Origin: an uncultured bacterium
GTDB taxonomy: Bacteria > Acidobacteriota > Thermoanaerobaculia > Multivoradales > JAHZIX01
Reading direction: 5' to 3'
Assembly: GCA_965368975.1 (NCBI GenBank)
Contig: CBDUPA010000005.1
Location: forward strand, 64,001 to 128,000
DNA length: 64,000 nt
Position numbers and translations under genes: made by a program. This document shows, one piece after another, positions 58,463-64,000 of this stretch (the first letter of the stretch is position 1; the number at the start of each line of letters is the position of its first letter). The notes under the pieces are model-generated. The model searched no databases. It was not told the DNA's origin and saw nothing but the letters and a program-made list of their open reading frames with translations.

Positions 58463-60259
58463 TCACCCCCCGACGCGCACGCTCATCCGCACCGTCGAAT
58501 CGACCGCTGCGACCTCATCTCGCACGCCAACCGCGATGCGTTGGAAGCCTTCGCGCATGCGCAGCTTGAACGTGTAGCCCGCGAACTGACCGCGCGCGAT
58601 GTCCATCTTGTCGAGCGGGATCTTGATCGGCACCACGACGTGACTCACGGGGGAGGTGCCGCCTTCGAGGTCGCGCACGGCGATGAAGAGGGAGATACGA
58701 CCCTGGTAGGAGTCTTCGGTGGGCAGCAGGGCGACATTGGAGATCGGGACTTTGACCAGCACGGGGACGAGGAAGGTGTCGTCCTCGTCGGGCTGACTCT
58801 CGGCGCGTTCCAGCTCGATGCCGAGAGGGTTGTCGAAGACGTTGAGCAGCAGCGCGGACATGGTGCGGTCGCTCATCTTGTCTTCGGCGCTCTTGTCGAC
58901 GTAGCCGGCGCGGTGACGCACGCGCACGTTGTCGCGCAGGACTTTGACCTCTAGGCGGCGGTACTCGCCGTCGCCCTGAGTGGCTGGGGTGTAGCCGAGG
59001 GAGTAGAAGCTCTCGAAGTCACTGGCCAGGTGCGACAGGGTGTTACCGAGGCCTTCGGTGTTGAGGAAGGAGAGGCCGCCGGTGCTGTCGGACATGAACT
59101 GCATGGTGCTGCGAATGGTGGCGCTTTCGAGCGAGTCGGTGCCGACGTTCTGGACGCGGCCACCGCCGGCGGTGCTCAGGGAGCCGACGTCGAAGCCGCC
59201 GGTCTCGGCGGAGATGCTGCTGTAGCCGCGCGGGCCGCCGGCGTCGATGGTGTAGAGCACGACGCGGTTGGCGTTGGCGTGGGCGACGAGCTTGGCCAGA
59301 TCCGGGGTGCTGTCGTAGGAAAGGGTCTCGGCGGTGGTGCTGACGCCGAGGTCGTCGGCAATGACGGCGAACTTGTTACGCCAGGCTGCGAACAGGCTCT
59401 GTGTGGGATTCATCGGCATGCCGCCGCTGATATACAGCATCGCCTTGCGGCCGGGCAGACCGGCGAGGCTGTCGATCAGGCGGGCCATGGCGTTCATCGA
59501 GTCGCGGTTGCGCTTGATGACGCGCTGGCCGAAGACCTGGATTTGACCTTTGAGCTGGTCGGCGAGGACGAAGCTGGTGTAGTTGGACCTACCATCGAGG
59601 TCGAGAGTGACCTCTTCGATGGTGTTCAAGATCAGCCGCCGTTCGAGTGCGATCTCTCGCGCGCGGCCGGTGCTCTTGGCCAGATCGTCCAGGGGTTCGT
59701 AGAGCAGTTCGGGGATGGAGGTAAATTCCTGGTGGATCTTCAGATTGCCATCGAAGCTGGCGAGCAGGACGCGATCCTGGTTGTCGATGCTGGTGCGCAG
59801 GAAGCGGCGTAGGTGTTCGAGCACGCGGTTGCGCTCGTTGGCCGCGAGGTTGAGGTTGTCGATGAAGACGACTACGTGCAGCCGCTGGTCCTGCGGGATC
59901 TCGAATTTCTCTAGCGCGGCCTCGTCGGCGGTGACGGCCTCCGTGCGCGCGGCGCCATCGACGGCCAGGAAGTTGCTGATCTCGACACTGTCGCCGTCGG
60001 CATAGAGTTCGAAGTCGTCGCGCGTCAGATCGCTGATCGGGTTGCCGTTGCGGTCGGTAACGAAGACTTCTACGTTGACAACGTTCACCTCGACACTGTC
60101 GAAGAACAACTCGTCGGGGGCCGCCGAGGCGCCTCCCTGCGAACCGGTGGTGCCTTCTTGGGCGCGGACGGCGAGCGGGCTCAGGAGCAGGGCGAGGCCC
60201 AAGAAAAGGGTGTTGAGTCGTAGCTGGGCGCGGCTGTTCCGGAGGCTGTGAGGGCTCAT
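58463..60259 (-). CDS. VWA domain protein, acidobacterial VWFA-related type
   Basis: VEVNVVNVEVFVTDRNGNPISDL, LPGRKAMLYISGG, STGG, YSLGY, YRRLEVKV, VRHRAGY. Confidence 0.88.
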   Translation of the reverse strand: MSPHSLRNSRAQLRLNTLFLGLALLLSPLAVRAQEGTTGSQGGASAAPDELFFDSVEVNVVNVEVFVTDRNGNPISDLTRDDFELYADGDSVEISNFLAVDGAARTEAVTADEAALEKFEIPQDQRLHVVVFIDNLNLAANERNRVLEHLRRFLRTSIDNQDRVLLASFDGNLKIHQEFTSIPELLYEPLDDLAKSTGRAREIALERRLILNTIEEVTLDLDGRSNYTSFVLADQLKGQIQVFGQRVIKRNRDSMNAMARLIDSLAGLPGRKAMLYISGGMPMNPTQSLFAAWRNKFAVIADDLGVSTTAETLSYDSTPDLAKLVAHANANRVVLYTIDAGGPRGYSSISAETGGFDVGSLSTAGGGRVQNVGTDSLESATIRSTMQFMSDSTGGLSFLNTEGLGNTLSHLASDFESFYSLGYTPATQGDGEYRRLEVKVLRDNVRVRHRAGYVDKSAEDKMSDRTMSALLLNVFDNPLGIELERAESQPDEDDTFLVPVLVKVPISNVALLPTEDSYQGRISLFIAVRDLEGGTSPVSHVVVPIKIPLDKMDIARGQFAGYTFKLRMREGFQRIAVGVRDEVAAVDSTVRMSVRVGG

Positions 60260-60711
60260 GATGCGGTCTCCACGTCGTAGATGAACTGCACCGGCATGTC
60301 GACGCCTTCGCCCAGGCTGCGGTGAACCGGACAGTGCAGGGCGGCGCGTTCGAAGATCAGGCGATGCTTGGGGCTCAGGTGGTTCGGCAGGTGCAGGTCG
60401 ACGTGCAGGGAGCCGATGCGGCGCGGGCCGTCGGTCATGTGCTTCTCAACCTGGAAGTGGCTACCGCCGAGGTCGATCTCGTGCCGCTGGGCCAGGATAC
60501 CGAGGATGGTCAACATGCAGGCGCCGAGCGCACCGGCGACCATGTCGGTGGGCGAGAAGGAACTACCGTCGCCATTGTTGTCCACCGGGGCGGCGGTGGT
60601 CAGATGAGTGCCCGAGGGGCCGTGGGTCAACTCGGTGCGCAGGCCGCCAAGGTAGGTGCCAGTGATGACGGGTGCAGCGGAGGGATGGGAATGGGTGTCA
60701 GGGGTTGGCAT
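60256..60711 (-). CDS. OsmC/Ohr family protein
   Basis: APVDNNGDG..FSPTD, ALGAC, CPVHRSL. Confidence 0.9.
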   Translation of the reverse strand: MPTPDTHSHPSAAPVITGTYLGGLRTELTHGPSGTHLTTAAPVDNNGDGSSFSPTDMVAGALGACMLTILGILAQRHEIDLGGSHFQVEKHMTDGPRRIGSLHVDLHLPNHLSPKHRLIFERAALHCPVHRSLGEGVDMPVQFIYDVETAS

Positions 60712-60835
60712 GGCATCCTCGATGTGGGTTCGGATTGCGGTCGAGTCACGAGCGCTGGCAGCTTACCAGTTCAGCGTTGCTTCCCATGGACTCTCCACGC
60801 GGGTGCAAACGGCTGAAAGGCGCTGGAGATTCCCC

Positions 60836-62446
60836 TCAGGGAGGGGCGACGGCGGCTTCTACCGCTGGCGCATCTGCGACGGGCTGGCGCAGCGCCGGTC
60901 GTCCGTACCGCAGGCACGCCCACAGTTGGCGAGCTTCCAGGCGCAGCCACAGGCCGAGACCTCGGCACAGCGAACGCAGCGCGTCGCGTGGCGCGAGGCC
61001 GAAAGCCTTGCCATAGATCCGCGTGCCGAAGTTGCGACGTCCGTAGAGGCCCGTGTAGCGGCGCAGGCGAGCCAGTCGGCGCAGGCGTTGGTTCCAGGCG
61101 CGCATGATCTTGTAGGCGATCACGGACTGAGGTGCGTCGAGGCCGAAGGGCGGATTGCGCAAGGACGTGAGATCTCGATACACCGGGCCCACGACCCCCA
61201 GGTAGTAGAGCGCGGTGTCGAGGGTGTAGGCCGCCGCCACGAGGTCGGCGTCGCCCAGGATCTCGTACTTGCCGTCGTACAAGGCTCCCCACCAGCGAGG
61301 GTAGGAGTCGGCAAAGGCCTTGTTGTGGGTCTCGATGTCGGCGTCGCTCAAGGTCTGGGCTGGGTCCAGGTCGCGCACCAGGAGTTGCACGGTGGCGTAG
61401 ACGGAGATCGACGCGTGGTCGAGGCCCGGGCTGTACAAAGGGTCGAGAAAGCCGGCGGCGTCGCCGAGCAGGGCCCAGCCGCGCTCCATGTAGCGGCTGC
61501 TCTGGTAGGGCAGATGGTTGTAGGACTGGAAGTCGTTCTCGTCGAGCTGGGCGCTGGCCAGCAAGTCCCGCAGGCCATCCTGCGAGGTGACAAAGTCGCG
61601 GAAGCGCTCGAGCTTGCTGCCCTTGCCGGGTAGCTCGAAGAGGTCCTTGTGGTAGACGAGGCCGATGCTGGTGTCACCGCCAGCAGTTCCACCGCCAGAG
61701 AGCGGGATCACCCAGCACCACCAGCCGTAGCCGCAGAAGTGGTTGGTCGCCAGGCGTCGCTGGGTGTCGACCGCCGGCAGGCGCGGTGGAGCGTCCGCGG
61801 TGGCCTCGGTGTAGGTGGGGCCGTCCAGATCCTGGACGCCGCTCCAACGACCCCACAGTGCTGCCGTCGGGTGTGCCTCCAGCCGCTGGAGCAGGCGCTT
61901 GCGGCGGGCCAGGAAGGCGTGCCGGCCGGAGGCGTCGAGGACCCAGCGCGTGTGGAGGGTGTGTTCGCCGTCGGCGCTTTCGATCCGCACCTGACTGCTG
62001 CCCGAATCCGTGTCCACCGTGTCGACGGCCAGCACGCGTGCCGGCCGCAGCACTTCGCAGCCTTCTAGGTCAGCGAGGTGTAGCAGGTACTCGTCGAGCT
62101 TGGCGCGGTCGAGTTGGAAGCTGGCCAGCCGCGGAGCTTCGTCGGCGCCGATCTCGGTCATGTCTTCGAGCGCTCGGCTTTGGCCGTCGGTGAGCCAGAA
62201 GCGCAGGCCGTGCTTCTCCAGGTGCTCACGTTCCAGGTAGTCGGAGAGGCCCAGCACCTGGTGCAGGAAGTAGCCGGACACCTCGACCGTCGCTTCTCCG
62301 ACGCGGCGGCCGAAGTGTTCGCTTTGCTCGACCACGACGATGCGCGCTTGGGGCCGTTGACGGCGCAGGAGTAGGGCCGCGGCGGTTCCGCTGAAGGAGC
62401 CTCCGATGATGACCGCGTCGTAGTGAGTCTGGGGCGCGTGCGTCAT
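60836..62446 (-). CDS. Flavin-dependent halogenase-family protein
   Basis: IIGGSFSG FAD motif, VGEAT, LDRAKLD, DASGR, WCWVIPL (WxWxIP), GDAAGFLDPLYSPG. Confidence 0.87.
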   Translation of the reverse strand: MTHAPQTHYDAVIIGGSFSGTAAALLLRRQRPQARIVVVEQSEHFGRRVGEATVEVSGYFLHQVLGLSDYLEREHLEKHGLRFWLTDGQSRALEDMTEIGADEAPRLASFQLDRAKLDEYLLHLADLEGCEVLRPARVLAVDTVDTDSGSSQVRIESADGEHTLHTRWVLDASGRHAFLARRKRLLQRLEAHPTAALWGRWSGVQDLDGPTYTEATADAPPRLPAVDTQRRLATNHFCGYGWWCWVIPLSGGGTAGGDTSIGLVYHKDLFELPGKGSKLERFRDFVTSQDGLRDLLASAQLDENDFQSYNHLPYQSSRYMERGWALLGDAAGFLDPLYSPGLDHASISVYATVQLLVRDLDPAQTLSDADIETHNKAFADSYPRWWGALYDGKYEILGDADLVAAAYTLDTALYYLGVVGPVYRDLTSLRNPPFGLDAPQSVIAYKIMRAWNQRLRRLARLRRYTGLYGRRNFGTRIYGKAFGLAPRDALRSLCRGLGLWLRLEARQLWACLRYGRPALRQPVADAPAVEAAVAPP

Positions 62447-63291
62447 GACATGTGCTCGGATTCTAGCTCGCGGAGTAGGTCGGCGGTGGCGGCGTGGGCT
62501 TCGTCGGCCAGCTCGCGACGGTCGCCGACCTGCAGGTCGCGGGTCGGAATCGGTGCACCTACGAGTACGTGGATTGTGGTCGGGCGGATGCGCACGGAAC
62601 CCGTGGGTAGGCAGTATCCGGTGCCGGTGAGCGCGATCGGCACCACCGGGATGGCCATTTCGATGGCCGGCACCAGGGCACCCGATTTGAAGCGTCGTAG
62701 CTTCCCGTCGCGGCTGCGTGTTCCCTCGGGGAAGGTGAGAATGCTTCTGCCGCCTTCGATCTGTGCGCGCGCTCCACGCAAGCTGCGCAGCGACTGTGCA
62801 CGGTCGCCGCGGCGAACGAAGATCATGCCCATGGCGGCGGCGTACCAGCCGAGAAAGGGGACTTTGCGCAACTCTTCTTTGAGCACGAAGACCAGGGGTA
62901 CCGGCAGGGCCGCGTAGAGAGCCGCGATGTCCGCCATGCTCTGGTGGTTGGCGGTGAAGAAGTGCGGCTTGGAGGCATCGAAGCGATCGAGGCCCGCGGC
63001 TTCGACGCGCTGGCCAGTGAGACGCAGGATGCCGGGGGCCCAGCAGGTGTGGGCCATGCGCAGTGCCGGCAGGGGACTGCGACGCAGCCAGCGCACCAGC
63101 AGAGCGGCGGTGATCCAGAAGGCGCTCCAGGCGGTGACGGCGAGCAGTTGCAGGCCGTTGACCACGGCGCGCAGCGGACCGGGGAGCTTCCAGGCACGTC
63201 CAGAACCACCTACGGTCTTGGTGCCGCTGGCTGCTGACCTAGGCTCTGTTTCGTCGGGTGGGGTGGAGAGAGAGGAGTCCTGGTGCATCAA
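62443..63291 (-). CDS. 1-acyl-sn-glycerol-3-phosphate acyltransferase family (PlsC-like)
   Basis: NHQSMAD, FVRR, FPEGTRS, PVVP. Confidence 0.9.
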   Translation of the reverse strand: MMHQDSSLSTPPDETEPRSAASGTKTVGGSGRAWKLPGPLRAVVNGLQLLAVTAWSAFWITAALLVRWLRRSPLPALRMAHTCWAPGILRLTGQRVEAAGLDRFDASKPHFFTANHQSMADIAALYAALPVPLVFVLKEELRKVPFLGWYAAAMGMIFVRRGDRAQSLRSLRGARAQIEGGRSILTFPEGTRSRDGKLRRFKSGALVPAIEMAIPVVPIALTGTGYCLPTGSVRIRPTTIHVLVGAPIPTRDLQVGDRRELADEAHAATADLLRELESEHMS

Positions 63292-63326
63292 CCGTACTCT
63301 AGTGCATCGACGCTACCGAAACGGTT

Positions 63327-64000
63327 CTAGCGCATCGAGGGGAGTGAAGAGGCGTTCGGCTGGGTGTCTGGCAGAGGGACCGCCCGCAGCTGCCGAGTGG
63401 CGAGGGTCGTGAGCAGGCCTGGCAGGACGTCGAGGACGATCGCTGCGTCGGCAGCGGTGCGGCGTCTTGCGCCCCAGACCCCCGCGGTGTCGTGCAAGAG
63501 CAGGATATCGCCGGCCGCCAGGTCGCGCTGCAGGCGTCGTTCGACACGCCGCGGATCGCGTTCGACGGTGTCGAAGCCGCGCCTCGTCCAGGCCGCCAGG
63601 GTCAGGCCGCGCCGGTGCAGGATGGGGTCGAGCCAGGGATTGCGGATGCCGGCAGGCGCACGGAAGTAGCCGGGGGGACGCCCACCGAGATCGGTCAGCA
63701 CGTCCTGTGCACGGTCGACCTGAGCCGCCATGGTGCGCGGGCCGTGGAAGGCGAAGGAGTTGGGGTGGCTGTAGGTGTGGTTTTCCAGTCGGTGACCCCG
63801 GCGCACAATCTCCCGCGTCAAGGCCGGCAGGCGCTCGGCACGCTGTGCGATGCAGAAGAAGGAGGCTCGGGCCCCGTGTGTGTCGAGCAGGTCGAGGACG
63901 CGCGGTGTCACTTCGGCGTCGGGGCCATCGTCGAAGGTCAGGGCGACGTGTCGACTTCCGGTGGGCAACTGGCTCAGGGCGGGGCCGAGCCAGCGACTGC
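63327..64000 (-). CDS. Polysaccharide deacetylase (NodB domain), 5' end probably outside window
   Basis: ALTFDDGP, ENHTYSH, YFRAPAG, ILLLHD. Confidence 0.9.
   Translation of the reverse strand, partial: SRWLGPALSQLPTGSRHVALTFDDGPDAEVTPRVLDLLDTHGARASFFCIAQRAERLPALTREIVRRGHRLENHTYSHPNSFAFHGPRTMAAQVDRAQDVLTDLGGRPPGYFRAPAGIRNPWLDPILHRRGLTLAAWTRRGFDTVERDPRRVERRLQRDLAAGDILLLHDTAGVWGARRRTAADAAIVLDVLPGLLTTLATRQLRAVPLPDTQPNASSLPSMR

Overview
High-GC bacterial chromosomal window, most likely Acidobacteriota (inferred from an ADOP-type duplicated permease, a VWFA-related protein and a TIGR02999-type ECF sigma/Ser-Thr kinase pair). Housekeeping content: Mn/Zn ABC transporter, sucA-sucB-lpdA, tRNA-Sec, hrcA-grpE-dnaK-dnaJ-recX-alaS, murA, prmC and a MurF-Alr fusion. 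Two features stand out. (1) A compact RiPP locus at about 5.5-7.3 kb, where one MvdC/MvdD-type ATP-grasp ligase is flanked by two unrelated precursor-like peptides; one of them (53 aa) is missing from the ORF track and has its own promoter, RBS and downstream hairpin. (2) A 2-oxoglutarate dehydrogenase E1 with a complete cyclic-nucleotide-binding domain inserted in its N-terminal linker. Also noted: two secreted Cys-rich mini-proteins, tandem PIMT paralogues with signal-like N-termini, a secreted protein made of three copies of an unrecognised domain, a small AT-richer islet with a CRP-like box, an in-frame flavoprotein remnant after a UGA, and the end of a halogenase-containing cluster. All calls come from reading motifs by eye; no searches were run.
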